The position numbers and the translations under genes were made by a program. A stretch of DNA of 34,518 nt. Source: Thiobacillaceae bacterium (GTDB lineage Bacteria > Pseudomonadota > Gammaproteobacteria > Burkholderiales > Thiobacillaceae). The notes under the pieces are model-generated. The model searched no databases and was not told the origin of the DNA. It worked only from the letters and a program-made list of their open reading frames with translations. Positions 9,781 through 21,025 of the stretch are shown here, in pieces. The stretch's first letter is position 1. Every line of letters begins with the position of its first letter. The stretch is taken from assembly GCA_049592895.1 (NCBI GenBank), contig JBAWGM010000070.1:1-34518 (forward strand), written 5' to 3'.

Positions 9781-9860
9781 CTGATGGATCCTCCGTCAAA
9801 ACCGGTATCGACTTGCGTTCCTGTCCCAGGATCACAGTACAGCATACCAAGGGAAATAAC

Positions 9861-10472
9861 TTAAAACAGCCCTTGCTGATCGCCCGTCCTGGTTTCTTGC
9901 AAGCATTCCCGAACCGGGGAGAAACTGCGACGATGGGCAACGCAAGGCCCATAGCGGCGTAGCGCGTCAAGATGCAGCGCCGTGCCATAGCCAAAATGCC
10001 GGTCAAAGCCAAACTGCGGGTAATCCAGGTGAAGAATTCCCATGACCCGGTCGCGCGCCGTCTTGGCCAAGATGGATGCCGCCGAGATTGCGGCGACCGT
10101 GGCATCTCCCTTCACCACCGCCTCAGCCGGATAGGCCAGAGCGGGACAGTGGTTGCCATCCACCTGAACCCGATCCGGCTTCACCTCCAGCCCGTCGACC
10201 GCGCGCTGCATCGCCAGCAGGGTGGCCTGCAGGATATTCAGCCGGTCAATTTCGGCCACGCTCGCCTCTGCGACCCACCAGGCTATAGCCTCGGACTTGA
10301 TCTGGATTTCCAACTGTTCGCGCCGACGTCGAGAAAGTCTTTTTGAATCCCGCAAACCCAGGATTGATCGGCCGGGGTGCAAGATGACTGCCGCTGCAAA
10401 CACGGGCCCGGCCAGCGGGCCCCTGCCCGCCTCGTCAACCCCGCACAGAAGTGAGGCAGCAGAGCGCTTCAT
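9861..10472 (-). CDS. rnhB: Ribonuclease HII
   Basis: 203 aa. The catalytic N-terminus [14 protein letters not shown] is present. Its ATG overlaps the lpxB stop (ATGA). Confidence 0.95.
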   Translation of the reverse strand: MKRSAASLLCGVDEAGRGPLAGPVFAAAVILHPGRSILGLRDSKRLSRRRREQLEIQIKSEAIAWWVAEASVAEIDRLNILQATLLAMQRAVDGLEVKPDRVQVDGNHCPALAYPAEAVVKGDATVAAISAASILAKTARDRVMGILHLDYPQFGFDRHFGYGTALHLDALRRYGPCVAHRRSFSPVRECLQETRTGDQQGLF

Positions 10473-11608
10473 GATTTGTTCTGCAAATACGGCAACAGTG
10501 CCTCGGCAATTCGTTCGGCCGCATTGCAGCGCAGGGTCTGGTGCAGAACCAGAAAATCCTGCTTGAGCGCTGCAACCCGCTGCGGTTCATCGAGCCAGGC
10601 CAGGGCTGCACGCGCCAGTGCTTCCGGGGTGGCCTGATCCTGCAGCAGTTCAGGCACGGCAAAACGCTTGAGCAGGATATTCGGCAGGCCCACCCAGGGC
10701 AGATAAGCCTGCCGTTTCATGATCGCGTAGGTTAGGCCCGGCAACTTGTAGGCAATCACCATGGGTTTCTTTAGCAAAGCGGCTTCCAAGGTGGCGGTAC
10801 CGGACGCGAGCACGAGCACGTCAGCCGCTGTCATTGCCTCCTGGCTGGAGGGGCCGGCGGTCAGGGTAATCGGCAAACCGCTGGGACCAACTAGTGAATT
10901 GATAATCGCCGACACCGCCTCCCCCGCCACTGGCAGAACAAAGCGCAAGTCTGGCCGGGCATTCACCAGCATCCGTGCCGTCTCCAGCAGCGTCGGTAGG
11001 AGTCGCTTGACTTCCCCTGCTCGGCTGCCAGGCAACAACCCCACCAGTTCGCCTGCGAGCGGCAGCCCAAGACCACGCCGGGCTGCCGTTTGATCTGGCT
11101 TAAGCGGCAACAGGTCGGCCAGGGGATGGCCGACGTAGTTCACTGGGATATCGGACTTCGCATAGATTTCGGCCTCAAATGGAAACATGACGAGCATGCG
11201 CGACACCGCCCGCTTGATCTTGCGGATGCGCTCGCCGCGCCAGGCCCAGAGTGAAGGGCTGACGAAATGAACCGTGGGAATGCGCGCGTGCTTGAGTCTT
11301 TCTTCCAGTGCGAAATTGAAATCCGGCGCGTCGATGCCAACAAATACATCCGGTCTCGTGTGCAGAAAATGTCGCGCCAAATTACCCCGCAGGGCCAGCA
11401 AGCCGGGCAGATGGCGCAGGACTTCGACGTATCCATTGACCGCCAGCCGATCGCTGGAATAGAGCGCGCGGCAGCCGGCCTCGGCCATGCGTGGCCCGGC
11501 GACGCCTTCAAATTGAATAGTAGACAGCCGGGTTTTCAGCGCGGTGATCAGGTGACCTCCCAGCAGATCGCCGGAAGTCTCGCCTGCCACCAGGCCTACG
11601 CGAGCCAT
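10469..11608 (-). CDS. lpxB: Lipid-A-disaccharide synthase
   Basis: 379 aa. The N-terminus [18 protein letters not shown] is typical of LpxB. Its position after lpxA matches the conserved cluster. Confidence 0.95.
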   Translation of the reverse strand: MARVGLVAGETSGDLLGGHLITALKTRLSTIQFEGVAGPRMAEAGCRALYSSDRLAVNGYVEVLRHLPGLLALRGNLARHFLHTRPDVFVGIDAPDFNFALEERLKHARIPTVHFVSPSLWAWRGERIRKIKRAVSRMLVMFPFEAEIYAKSDIPVNYVGHPLADLLPLKPDQTAARRGLGLPLAGELVGLLPGSRAGEVKRLLPTLLETARMLVNARPDLRFVLPVAGEAVSAIINSLVGPSGLPITLTAGPSSQEAMTAADVLVLASGTATLEAALLKKPMVIAYKLPGLTYAIMKRQAYLPWVGLPNILLKRFAVPELLQDQATPEALARAALAWLDEPQRVAALKQDFLVLHQTLRCNAAERIAEALLPYLQNKS

Positions 11609-12384
11609 TAACGGATAATGCCCCGCTCGCTGCTGCCGACAAAATCGAGCATCGGCTTCACCTCCGGATGGCTGACGGCCAGATCCGCCATCTGCTGCTT
11701 CGCATCTTCCAGGCTCAGCCCGAGCCGATACAGGAGTCTGTAGGCTTTCTTGATCGCCGCTATCGCTTCAGCGGAAAATCCGCGCCGCCGCAAACCTTCG
11801 CTGTTGATGCCATTGGGCTCGGCTCGAGGACCGGCTGCCATCACGTAAGGCGGGATATCCTGCGACACGCCGCTGCCGAATGCGGTAAAGCAGTGCTCGC
11901 CCAGCCGGCAATACTGATGGACCGCGGTGAACCCGCCCAGGATGGCGTGGCTGCCCACGCTGACATGGCCGGCCAGAGTCGTGTTATTGGCCAGCACGGT
12001 GTGATCGCCGATCTGGCAGTCGTGGGCAATATGCACGTAGGCCATGATCCAGTTGTCTTCGCCCACGCGGGTCACGCCTGCATCCTGGATCGTGCCGGTG
12101 TTAAAGGTGCAGAACTCCCGGATCGTGTTGTTGTCGCCGATCTCCAGCCGGGTAGGCTCGCCGGCATACTTCTTGTCCTGCGGCGCCTCCCCCAGGGAGA
12201 CGAGATGAAAGATCCGGTTATCCCTGCCGATCCGGGTGTGGCCGGTGATCACGGCATGCGCGCCCACTGTCGTGCCGGGACCGATCTCCACATGTGGACC
12301 AATCACCGAGTAGGGTCCGATTTCCACCGCGTCCGCCAGGCTGGCCTCGAGGGCCACGATCGCCGTGGGGTGAATTTTTGCCAC
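11608..12384 (-). CDS. lpxA: Acyl-ACP--UDP-N-acetylglucosamine O-acyltransferase
   Basis: 258 aa with a GTG start (cac at 12382-12384). It begins (M)AKIHPTAIV, has hexapeptide repeats, and lies in the fabZ-lpxA-lpxB context. Confidence 0.95.
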   Translation of the reverse strand: MAKIHPTAIVALEASLADAVEIGPYSVIGPHVEIGPGTTVGAHAVITGHTRIGRDNRIFHLVSLGEAPQDKKYAGEPTRLEIGDNNTIREFCTFNTGTIQDAGVTRVGEDNWIMAYVHIAHDCQIGDHTVLANNTTLAGHVSVGSHAILGGFTAVHQYCRLGEHCFTAFGSGVSQDIPPYVMAAGPRAEPNGINSEGLRRRGFSAEAIAAIKKAYRLLYRLGLSLEDAKQQMADLAVSHPEVKPMLDFVGSSERGIIR

Positions 12385-12824
12385 TATTTGTCCCTCAGAG
12401 TCGCCATTAACTCCGCCTCAGTTGCCAGTTCTCCTCCCACCTCTGCGCGCGCTTTGTATTTCCAGATGCCCCGCATATGACGGGTGATCTCCGCCTTTAG
12501 CACCAGTTGGTCGCCGGGAACCACCGGGCGCTTGAAGCGTGCGCCATCGATGCCTGCGAAGTAAACCACGCCGACATCCTGCGGCAGGCAGCCCTTGGTC
12601 TTGAACGCGAGAATGGCAGCGGCCTGCGCCAGCGCCTCAAGGATGAGCACACCCGGCATGACGGGGTGGCCGGGAAAATGGCCCGCGAAGAAAGGTTCAT
12701 TGATGGTCACATTCTTGTGCGCGACGATGTACTTGCCCAACTCCAGTTCATCCACCCGGTCGATCAGCAGGAAAGGGTAGCGATGAGGCAGGTACAGCAT
12801 CACCTCCTCGACGTTCATCTTCAT
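12384..12824 (-). CDS. fabZ: 3-hydroxyacyl-ACP dehydratase FabZ
   Basis: [13 protein letters not shown] and the [13 protein letters not shown] motif are present. I set the start at ATG 12824, which overlaps the lpxD TGA (ATGA). The longer ORF to 12920 runs inside lpxD. Confidence 0.93.
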   Translation of the reverse strand: MKMNVEEVMLYLPHRYPFLLIDRVDELELGKYIVAHKNVTINEPFFAGHFPGHPVMPGVLILEALAQAAAILAFKTKGCLPQDVGVVYFAGIDGARFKRPVVPGDQLVLKAEITRHMRGIWKYKARAEVGGELATEAELMATLRDK

Positions 12825-13864
12825 GGCTTCCCCTCCCATTCTGCGACCTTGCGTTCCAGTTGCTTGATGCGTTCCACGAGCTTGTCGAGATGCCGCAGAT
12901 GCACTGCATTCCTTTGCCACACCTCATGCTCCGAAAAAGGCAGCGCCGACGTGTAGGTCCCCGGCTTGACCAGCGACTTGGTGATCAGCGTGTTGGTGGA
13001 AATGCGCGTGCCGTCGGCAATTTCGATGTGACCGAAAATCATCGCCGCTCCGCCGATGGTGCAGTGCCTGCCGATCTTTGCGCTGCCCGCGATTCCGGTA
13101 CACGCCGCGATCGCGGTATGGGCACCGATCGTGACGTTATGGGCCACCTGGATCAGGTTGTCGAGCTTGACCCCGTCCTCAATCACCGTATCGTCCAACG
13201 CCCCGCGGTCGACGGTGGTGCCCGCGCCCACCTCGACGTCATCGCCAATTATGACCCGGCCGATTTGGGGAATCTTCTCCCATCTGCCCTGGTCAGGCGC
13301 CAGGCCGAAGCCATCCGAACCAATCACGCATCCGCTGTGCAGGATGACCCGGTGGCCGATCCGGCAATCGTGATACACGGTGACATTGGCATACAAGCGG
13401 CAGTCCTCGCCCACCACGCTGTTTTCGCCGATGACGGCATTGGGCCCAATTACCGCGCGCGCCCCAATACTGGCGCACTCACCCACCACGGCGCCAGCCT
13501 GAATTTCCGCCGTGCTGTCGACCATCGCGCGCGCTCCCACAGTGGCCCGCGGATGAATGCCCGGGCGGACCGGCGGGGGCGGATTCAACAGAGCGGAGAC
13601 TCGGGCAAAATAAAGATACGGATTGGGGCTCAGTATTCGCGGCAGCGCTGTCTCCCCACGGGCGTCCGGAGCCAGGATGACTGCACCCGCGCGGCTTCCT
13701 TCCAACTGTTTGAGGTACTTGGCCTGGGAAATAAAGCCTATCTCGTCGGCTCCGGCGCGCTCCAAGGGCGCAACCTGGCAGACGGTGACGTTCGGGTCAC
13801 CCACCAGTTCGCCCCCCAGGCGGGCAACGATTTCTGCCAGCCGATAGCCTCGGGTTTGGCTCAT
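12821..13864 (-). CDS. lpxD: UDP-3-O-(3-hydroxyacyl)glucosamine N-acyltransferase
   Basis: 347 aa. The N-terminal [15 protein letters not shown] is followed by a long left-handed beta-helix of hexapeptide repeats. Position between skp and fabZ is conserved. Confidence 0.95.
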   Translation of the reverse strand: MSQTRGYRLAEIVARLGGELVGDPNVTVCQVAPLERAGADEIGFISQAKYLKQLEGSRAGAVILAPDARGETALPRILSPNPYLYFARVSALLNPPPPVRPGIHPRATVGARAMVDSTAEIQAGAVVGECASIGARAVIGPNAVIGENSVVGEDCRLYANVTVYHDCRIGHRVILHSGCVIGSDGFGLAPDQGRWEKIPQIGRVIIGDDVEVGAGTTVDRGALDDTVIEDGVKLDNLIQVAHNVTIGAHTAIAACTGIAGSAKIGRHCTIGGAAMIFGHIEIADGTRISTNTLITKSLVKPGTYTSALPFSEHEVWQRNAVHLRHLDKLVERIKQLERKVAEWEGKP

Positions 13865-13923
13865 GCGGAAACCCTCTGACCGTGTCCCTCGCGACGCATG
13901 ATGGACTCGATCAGAGGTTGCAA

Positions 13924-14421
13924 TTATTTGTCGCCCAGTTCCTTCATCACCCGGTCAGTGATGTCGATCTTGGGATTGAAGTAAACCGCCTGCTCGACGA
14001 TCAGGTCAAACTTTTCGGTCCTGGCAATGTCCTGAATCGCCCTGCGGGCCTTGTCCTGGATCTGCCCCAGCTCCTCATTGCGACGCTGATTCAGGTCTTC
14101 GCGAAATTCCCGGCTCTGACGCTGGAGTGTCTGGCTCAGGACGGACAAGTCCCGTTCCTTGGCTTTTCGGTCCGCATCGGACATGGTCATGCCGTCCTTG
14201 TCGAGTTGGGCCTGAATATCACGGGCCTGTTTGGTCATCTTCTGCAGCTCCAGGTCGCGCCCCGAAAACTCCTTCTCCAGCCGCTTCTGCGCCTTGATCG
14301 AGAGTGGCGCCTCGCGCAGAAGCCGCTCCGTGTTGACGAAGCCTATCTTTTCGGCGAGGGCATCCGTGCTGATGGCCAAGCCACCCATTGCCAGCAGGGC
14401 AACAAAAACCAGATTCTTCAT
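13924..14421 (-). CDS. skp: Periplasmic chaperone Skp (OmpH family)
   Basis: 165 aa. It has a signal peptide ([23 protein letters not shown]) and a coiled-coil-like, K/E/Q-rich body. It lies between bamA and lpxD. Confidence 0.9.
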   Translation of the reverse strand: MKNLVFVALLAMGGLAISTDALAEKIGFVNTERLLREAPLSIKAQKRLEKEFSGRDLELQKMTKQARDIQAQLDKDGMTMSDADRKAKERDLSVLSQTLQRQSREFREDLNQRRNEELGQIQDKARRAIQDIARTEKFDLIVEQAVYFNPKIDITDRVMKELGDK

Positions 14422-14443
14422 ACCATGCTTACTCCATCAAAAA

Positions 14444-16792
14444 TTAGAAAGTGGTGCCCAAATTGAACTGGAACACCTGGGTCTTGTCATCCTCCTTCTT
14501 GTTCAGAGGCTTGGCAAGGCTGAACTTGAGCGGGCCCATCGGCGAGTTCCAGGCGATGCCGATCCCCGCAGAATAGCGGAAATCACTGACATTGAACTTT
14601 GCCGACCTTCCCAAATAATCGTTCGGCCCAAATACCGAACCGGCATCCAGAAAAGTCGAAAGCCGTACCGATCCGTCCTTGATCCCGGGCATGGGAACGA
14701 AAAGTTCCACGTTGCCAATAATCTGGGTATCTCCACCCAATGAAACCTTCTGGCAGTTGAACAGTGTGGACTGGACGCATTCACCAAGGGTTGTGTTTAA
14801 TGTAGTCAGGGCCTTGGGCCCGATAGTACCTGAATCAAAGCCGCGTACCGAGCTCACGCCGCCGGCAAAGAAATTCTTGAAGAACGGCAAGGGCTTTCCG
14901 CCCAAACCCGCCGCATAGCCCGCCTGTGCGTTGACCAGCAGGGTGAAATCCTTGCTCAAAGGAAAAAATTGCTGATGCTGCGCATTGAGGCGGTAGTACT
15001 GGATGTCACCCGGGGGAGTCCCGAATTCCACGCCGACGCGCTGGAGGAAACCTTTGGTCGGAAACAGGAAACTGTTGCGCGTATCGCGCGCCAGCGAAGT
15101 GTCGACGCGCAGCGTGGTGTTGCTGTTTCCAAAGTCCCTGACGAAATTCTGATAAGTGACGGGGCTGGTCGCACTGGTGGTTACATCGAATAATTCCGCT
15201 GCCACCCCGAGATTGAGAAAATCCTTCTCATTCAACGGCAGTCCGAATCTCAAGCCCAGGCCATCGGTGGATGAATGGTACTGACCTACCCCGCTCAATG
15301 AACTGGTATCCACATCCCGGCGGTAGATGTCATAGCCCAGACTCACCCCATCCAGCGTGTAGTAGGGATTGGTGAAGGAAAGCGAGTAGACCCTGTTGAC
15401 CTTGCCGGAATTGACCTGCAAGGCAAGCTGATTGCCGGTTCCGAACACGTTCGCCTGATTGATCGAGCCCGACAGAATCAGGCCATCCGAGGAGGAGAAG
15501 CCCGCCCCCACCATGATGTTGCCGGTAGCCTTCTCCGTCACGTTGATATTCAGGTCCACCTGATCGGTCGTGCCGGAAACCATGGGCGTTTCAACCGACA
15601 CCTCGCCGAAGTAGCCGAGCCGGTTCAATCGGTCCTGTGACAACTGGATCTTATCGCTGTTGTACCAGCCGCCCTCCATCTGGCGCACCTCGCGGCGGAT
15701 GACTTCGTCCCGGGTCTTGCTGTTACCGGCCACGTTCACCCTGCGCACATAGACACGGCGACCCGGATCTATGTACAGGGTGAAGGCCACTTGGTGCTTG
15801 TCCTTGTCCAGTTCGGGCACCGCGTTGACGTTGGCAAACGCGTACCCTTCCGTCCCCAAACGGTCGCTGATGAGTTTGGTGGATTCGGTCAGCTTCTGGC
15901 GCGAGAAGACATCGCCTGGTTTGAGACTGATCAGCTTCTTGAGCTCTGCCTCAGGCAGCAGCATCTGGCCAGCCAGCTTCACGGCGGAAACCGTGTATTT
16001 GGGCCCTTCCGTCAGATTGACGGTGATGAAGATGTCCTTCTTGTCGGGGCTGATGGAAACCTGGGTGGAATCAAGATTGAACTCGAGATAACCCTGATTG
16101 AGATAAAACGAGCGCAGGGCTTCCAGATCGCCCGACAGCTTGGTCTTCGAATACTGATCGTCCTTGGTGTACCAGGAGAGCCAGCCCGGGGTGCTGGAGC
16201 TGAATTGTCTAAGCAACTGCTTCTCGGTGAATGCCTTGTTCCCGACCAGATTAATCTGCCGGATCTTGGCCGATTGTCCCTCCACCACCTGGAAATTGAT
16301 TGCAACGCGATTTCGTTCCAGCGGAGTGACGGTGGTGTTTACTTCCACCGCATACTTGCCCTTATTGAAGTACTGCGACTTCATTTCATGCACGGCCCGG
16401 TCCAGCACGCTCTTGTCAAAAATCCGCCCCTCGGCCAGCCCGGCGTCCTTGAGCGCCTTCTTCAGGTCGTCCGCGGAAAATTCCTTGATGCCGCTCAGGC
16501 TGATTTTGGCAACGGCAGGGCGTTCCTCGACCGTCACGATCAGCACGTCGCCCTGCGCCTCCAGTCTGACATCCTTGAAGAAACCGGTGGCGAACAGCGC
16601 CTTGATCGCGGCGGCGGCCTTCTCGTCGTCGAGTCTGTCACCCACCTTCACCGGCAAATAGCTGAACACCGTCCCTGCTTCGGTGCGTTGTATGCCTTCC
16701 ACGCGAATGTCCTTGATGACGAAGGGTTCCACTGCCTGGGCCAGGTTTGCAATGGCGCTCAGGATAAGGAACGTGGAAAGGCGAATTTTCAT
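14444..16792 (-). CDS. bamA: Outer membrane protein assembly factor BamA
   Basis: 782 aa. It has a signal peptide ending AQA, POTRA repeats (IKDIRVEGIQRT...) and a beta-barrel ending in ...FQFNLGTTF. Confidence 0.95.
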   Translation of the reverse strand: MKIRLSTFLILSAIANLAQAVEPFVIKDIRVEGIQRTEAGTVFSYLPVKVGDRLDDEKAAAAIKALFATGFFKDVRLEAQGDVLIVTVEERPAVAKISLSGIKEFSADDLKKALKDAGLAEGRIFDKSVLDRAVHEMKSQYFNKGKYAVEVNTTVTPLERNRVAINFQVVEGQSAKIRQINLVGNKAFTEKQLLRQFSSSTPGWLSWYTKDDQYSKTKLSGDLEALRSFYLNQGYLEFNLDSTQVSISPDKKDIFITVNLTEGPKYTVSAVKLAGQMLLPEAELKKLISLKPGDVFSRQKLTESTKLISDRLGTEGYAFANVNAVPELDKDKHQVAFTLYIDPGRRVYVRRVNVAGNSKTRDEVIRREVRQMEGGWYNSDKIQLSQDRLNRLGYFGEVSVETPMVSGTTDQVDLNINVTEKATGNIMVGAGFSSSDGLILSGSINQANVFGTGNQLALQVNSGKVNRVYSLSFTNPYYTLDGVSLGYDIYRRDVDTSSLSGVGQYHSSTDGLGLRFGLPLNEKDFLNLGVAAELFDVTTSATSPVTYQNFVRDFGNSNTTLRVDTSLARDTRNSFLFPTKGFLQRVGVEFGTPPGDIQYYRLNAQHQQFFPLSKDFTLLVNAQAGYAAGLGGKPLPFFKNFFAGGVSSVRGFDSGTIGPKALTTLNTTLGECVQSTLFNCQKVSLGGDTQIIGNVELFVPMPGIKDGSVRLSTFLDAGSVFGPNDYLGRSAKFNVSDFRYSAGIGIAWNSPMGPLKFSLAKPLNKKEDDKTQVFQFNLGTTF

Positions 16793-16799
16793 GTTTGTT

Positions 16800-18146
16800 T
16801 TAACCGCTGGTCAGTCGCGCGAGGTCATTGTAGAGGGCCAGTACCATCAACAGGAACAAAATGGCCATTCCAATACGGCTGCCAAGTTCCATGAAGCGTT
16901 CGGAAACCGGCCGGCCGCGAAAAATTTCGAAACCATAATACATGAGATGGCCACCATCCAATAAAGGCACGGGAAGCAGGTTCAATACGCCAAGACTGAT
17001 GCTGACCAGGGCAAGAAAACTGACAAAACTCAGCCATCCCATCTGGGCCGACTGTCCGGCATAATCGGCAATGGTCAGGGGCCCGGACAGATTCCGCCAT
17101 GAAACCTGACCCATCACCATGCGCCCCATCATCTCCAGCGTGAATACCGACATATCCCAGGTCTTCTGCACGCCTTTTTCCAGGCTATCCCACGGACCGT
17201 AGCGGATTTCGGTGCGGATTTCCGCCAGCCAGCGTTCCTCCAGTTTAGGCCCGGCGCCGATCTTGCCGATGCTCTGGCCACCGTGAATCTCGGTCCCAGG
17301 GGTCAGGGACAAATTCAACTTCTGTCCACCCCGTTCAACTTGCAGACTCAGCCGCTTGCCCGCCGACCCGCGCACCTTGCTGACCAGCGCCTGCCATGTC
17401 GGCATCAGCGCCCCATCGATGGCGAGGACTCGATCGTTCACCCTGAGCCCGGCGGATGCCGCAATGCCTTTGGGCAACAGCATTCCCAGGATGGGTGGAA
17501 TGGGCGGCTCGTAGGGACGGATACCCAGTTCATCCAGAACATCTTGCTCGATTTCATCGCGCTTGATACTGGCCAGGTCGAGTTGAACGGGAGCGTCATT
17601 CCTTAGCTTCAACTCCACGTTTCCGCCTGACAGAGCATGCTTCAACAGACTCAAGCGCAGATCCTGGAAGGATTCCACCGGTGCGCCGTCCACCGCGACA
17701 ATCTCGTCGCCATTATTGAGCCCTGCGTGGGCGGCAGGCGTATTGGGCGCGGGCTCACCAATTAGCGGCTTGATGGCCGGTACGCCGTGCATGAACAGCA
17801 CCCAGTAGAACAGGATGGCCAGCAGGAAATTGGCGATCGGGCCGGCCGCCACGATCAGCAGGCGGCGGCCCACCGGTGCGCGGTTAAACGCCCGGCCAAG
17901 CTCGTGCGGCGCGACCGTCCCTTCGCGTTCGTCCAGCATTTTCACGTAGCCGCCGAGGGGCAGAATGCACAGGGCCAATTCGGTTCGATCCCTGCCGTAA
18001 CGCTTGATCAAGAGCGGGCGGCCGAATCCAACGGCAAAGCGCAATACTTTGACGCCCATCAGGCGCGCAGCAAGAAAGTGGCCGAACTCATGGACCACCA
18101 CAAGTATGCCGATGGCCGCCAGGAAGGAAAGGACTGTAGTCAGCAT
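16800..18146 (-). CDS. rseP: Sigma-E protease RseP (site-2 zinc metalloprotease)
   Basis: HEFGH zinc motif, PDZ region, and NLLPVPLLDGG. I set the start at ATG 18146 (MLTTVLSFLAAIG...), 2 nt after the dxr stop. The longer ORF to 18233 overlaps dxr. Confidence 0.93.
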   Translation of the reverse strand: MLTTVLSFLAAIGILVVVHEFGHFLAARLMGVKVLRFAVGFGRPLLIKRYGRDRTELALCILPLGGYVKMLDEREGTVAPHELGRAFNRAPVGRRLLIVAAGPIANFLLAILFYWVLFMHGVPAIKPLIGEPAPNTPAAHAGLNNGDEIVAVDGAPVESFQDLRLSLLKHALSGGNVELKLRNDAPVQLDLASIKRDEIEQDVLDELGIRPYEPPIPPILGMLLPKGIAASAGLRVNDRVLAIDGALMPTWQALVSKVRGSAGKRLSLQVERGGQKLNLSLTPGTEIHGGQSIGKIGAGPKLEERWLAEIRTEIRYGPWDSLEKGVQKTWDMSVFTLEMMGRMVMGQVSWRNLSGPLTIADYAGQSAQMGWLSFVSFLALVSISLGVLNLLPVPLLDGGHLMYYGFEIFRGRPVSERFMELGSRIGMAILFLLMVLALYNDLARLTSG

Positions 18147-18148
18147 CC

Positions 18149-19345
18149 CTACGCCGCTTTCAGCGAGGCCAGGTAAGAGGCTGTACAGGCCCGCGCCGAG
18201 CGGTCTGCGTCCAGCAGGGATTCCAGGTCGCAAGCCACTGTCGCGGCGAGTTTGTCCAGGGCATGCGCAATGGCACGCGGAATGTCATTGAAGCCGCAGC
18301 GCCGCGTCAGGAACTGGTCAACCGCCACCTCGTTTGCCGCATTCAGAATCGCCGCTGCGCTGCCGCCGGCCCGCAGGGCATCGAACGCGAGTTTCAGACA
18401 GGGAAAACGCCGGTAATCCGGCGCCTCGAAAGTCAAGCCCCTGCCCATCAGTTCCAGTGCGTTGACACCGGCTTCGATGCGCTCGGGAAAGCCCAGTGCA
18501 TAGGCAATGGGCGTGCGCATGTCCGGCGTACCGAGTTGCGCAATCAGCGACCCATCAAGATATTCCACCATGGAATGAATCACGCTCTGGGGATGCACCA
18601 GCACCTGGATCTCCTCGGCCTGCGCGTTGAACAGCCAATGGGCCTCGATAATTTCCAGACCCTTGTTCATCATGCTCGCGGAGTCGACGGATATCTTCTT
18701 GCCCATTACCCAGTTCGGGTGGGCGACCGCCTGCTCCGGGCTGACTTTGGACATCTCCTCGGCGCTCATGGTGCGAAACGGGCCGCCCGATGCGGTCAGC
18801 CAGATCTTGCGCACGCCGGCAGCGGACAGATCGCCAGCAAAATCCTTCGGCAGGGCCTGGAAGATTGCATTGTGTTCCGAGTCGATGGGCAACAATTCGG
18901 CGCCGCTGTCGCGGATCGCGTCCATGAACACACGCCCGGCCACCACGAGGGTTTCCTTGTTGGCCAGCAGGATGCGCTTGCCTGCCCGGGCCGCCGCCAG
19001 GCTGGCGGGCAAGCCGGCCGCGCCGACGATGGCAGCCATCACCGTATCCACCTCGGGCAGAGTGGCGGCCTCGATCAAAGCCTGCGCCCCAGCCCACACC
19101 TCCACCTTCAGTCCTGCGCCCTGCAAACGCTGACGCAGGGCTGCAGCCGCGCTTTCATCCGCCATCACCGCCACCCTGGGCCGATGCATCAGACACTGTT
19201 CAAACAAACGCTCAACCTGCGCGCCGCCGGTCAGCGCGATGACTTCAAAGCGTTGCGGGTGACGCGCGACCACATCCAGGGTATTGACCCCTATGGTTCC
19301 GGTGGCGCCCAGTATGGTCAGCTTGCGCGGCTTGCTCACAGGCAC
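18149..19345 (-). CDS. dxr: 1-deoxy-D-xylulose-5-phosphate reductoisomerase
   Basis: KLTILGATGTIG NADPH-binding N-terminus. The start is GTG at 19345; the GTG at 19339 is an alternative that forms a GTGA overlap with the cdsA stop. Confidence 0.95.
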   Translation of the reverse strand: MPVSKPRKLTILGATGTIGVNTLDVVARHPQRFEVIALTGGAQVERLFEQCLMHRPRVAVMADESAAAALRQRLQGAGLKVEVWAGAQALIEAATLPEVDTVMAAIVGAAGLPASLAAARAGKRILLANKETLVVAGRVFMDAIRDSGAELLPIDSEHNAIFQALPKDFAGDLSAAGVRKIWLTASGGPFRTMSAEEMSKVSPEQAVAHPNWVMGKKISVDSASMMNKGLEIIEAHWLFNAQAEEIQVLVHPQSVIHSMVEYLDGSLIAQLGTPDMRTPIAYALGFPERIEAGVNALELMGRGLTFEAPDYRRFPCLKLAFDALRAGGSAAAILNAANEVAVDQFLTRRCGFNDIPRAIAHALDKLAATVACDLESLLDADRSARACTASYLASLKAA

Positions 19346-20136
19346 CCTCCCGCAACCAGGAGTATCGTGGTGGCCACCGGCAGGGCGGCGGTCAGGGCAT
19401 CAATCCGGTCCAGAATCCCGCCATGGCCCGGCAGCATGCTGCCACTGTCCTTTACCCCTGCCACCCGCTTCATCCAGGATTCGAACAAATCGCCAAGTAC
19501 GGAAAAGAAGAACAAGGCCAACGTCAGCAATAACGCTCCGGCGATCCGTAGCCCATGGATCGAAGCACTCACCGCTGAGGCATAGAGCACAAGCGCGACT
19601 CCCGCACCCGCCACTCCTTCCCATGTCTTGCCCGGGCTGATCGCCGGCGCCAGCTTGCGGCTGCCGAAGCGTCGCCCGACAAAGAAGGCAGCGGAGTCGC
19701 CGATCCATACCACAGCCAGCAACCCGAGCAGATACCACGGACCAAAGTCGCGCAGCGTCACCAGCGCGACCCAAGTAGGCAACAGCACGATCACCCCGAC
19801 CGTGGCCAGGATGAACGGACTTCTCGTTTTCCAACGCCGGGCCAGCCAGAGAGGCGCAATCAATGCCCAGAACACGACTGCTGACCAAAGCAAACCTTGT
19901 TGAAATTCCTTTTGCGCGGCAAGAAAGTCAAGAAAGTGAAACGCCAATGCACAGCCGGCCAGGACGCCGCCATACGCCCACGACAGCGGCGCCGGGAAAC
20001 CTGCGATGCGCCCCCATTCGAAGCCGGCCAGGGCAACTGCCAGTGCGGCCAGCGTCGCCCACAGCCCCGCCGGCGCCCAGAAAAGGATAGGCAGAAACAA
20101 GGCCAGCAGCGCGCCCGCAGTGATCAGCCTAAGCAC
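19336..20136 (-). CDS. cdsA: Phosphatidate cytidylyltransferase
   Basis: C-terminal signature [29 protein letters not shown] set the start at GTG 20136 ((M)[15 protein letters not shown]...), which parallels the E. coli CdsA N-terminus and has AAGGAA upstream. The 347-aa ORF extension overlaps uppS. Confidence 0.9.
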   Translation of the reverse strand: MLRLITAGALLALFLPILFWAPAGLWATLAALAVALAGFEWGRIAGFPAPLSWAYGGVLAGCALAFHFLDFLAAQKEFQQGLLWSAVVFWALIAPLWLARRWKTRSPFILATVGVIVLLPTWVALVTLRDFGPWYLLGLLAVVWIGDSAAFFVGRRFGSRKLAPAISPGKTWEGVAGAGVALVLYASAVSASIHGLRIAGALLLTLALFFFSVLGDLFESWMKRVAGVKDSGSMLPGHGGILDRIDALTAALPVATTILLVAGGCL

Positions 20137-20890
20137 CGGTTTCCTTCCGGCTTTCCACCAACTGTTCGCTGGTGCGTCCGAAGCGCCGTTCGCGCTTGTG
20201 ATAGGAAGCAATCGCCTTATCCAGGCAGGTAGCATCAAAATCCGGCCACAGTGTGTCGGTAAAGTACAGTTCGGTATAGGCCAGCTGCCAGAGCAGGAAA
20301 TTGCTGATGCGCCTTTCGCCCCCCGTGCGGATGAAAAGATCGGGCTCAGGCGCATCGGCCAGGCATAAATGGGCGGCAAGATCGGCTTCGCCTACCCGCC
20401 CCTGATGCCCCGAATCGAGCAACCGGTTAACTGCCTGCAGCACATCCCAGCGTCCGCCGTAGTTCGCCGCGATGTTAAGCACCAACCGGGTGTCGTGTTT
20501 CGTGCGGGTCTCCGCATCGGCAATCAGCTGTCTTATGGCGGGGCCGAAGGCATCGATCTCGCCGATCACGCGAAACCGGATACCATTCTTGTGCAGTTTG
20601 GCCACTTCGCTTTTCAGCGCCCGCATGAACAACTCCATCAGCAGCGAAACTTCTTCGTGCGGCCGGCGCCAGTTTTCCGAACTGAAAGCAAACAGGGTCA
20701 GTTGTTCAACACCCCGCTCGGCACAGGCCTTGACAATGGTGCGCACCGATTCAACCCCTTTTTTGTGTCCGGCAATGCGCGGCAGCATGCGCTTCTTGGC
20801 CCAGCGGCCATTGCCGTCCATAATGATCGCAATGTGGCGCGGTACCTCGTATACCTCAGGAATAATGGTGGTTGAGCTCTTGAAAATCAT
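20129..20890 (-). CDS. uppS: Undecaprenyl diphosphate synthase
   Basis: 253 aa with [16 protein letters not shown] and the downstream cis-prenyltransferase motifs ([25 protein letters not shown]). Confidence 0.95.
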   Translation of the reverse strand: MIFKSSTTIIPEVYEVPRHIAIIMDGNGRWAKKRMLPRIAGHKKGVESVRTIVKACAERGVEQLTLFAFSSENWRRPHEEVSLLMELFMRALKSEVAKLHKNGIRFRVIGEIDAFGPAIRQLIADAETRTKHDTRLVLNIAANYGGRWDVLQAVNRLLDSGHQGRVGEADLAAHLCLADAPEPDLFIRTGGERRISNFLLWQLAYTELYFTDTLWPDFDATCLDKAIASYHKRERRFGRTSEQLVESRKETGA

Positions 20891-21025
20891 CGGGCAGTCA
20901 ATCCTGCTGCCCCAAGGGAAACGTCGCGCGAGCGCCGCTCCCCTCGCCCGCGTGAGGGACGGGAGGGAACAGTCAGGGAGGACGCGACGATCATGATGAC
21001 GGAGCAGCGTGTAGCGTCATGACCG

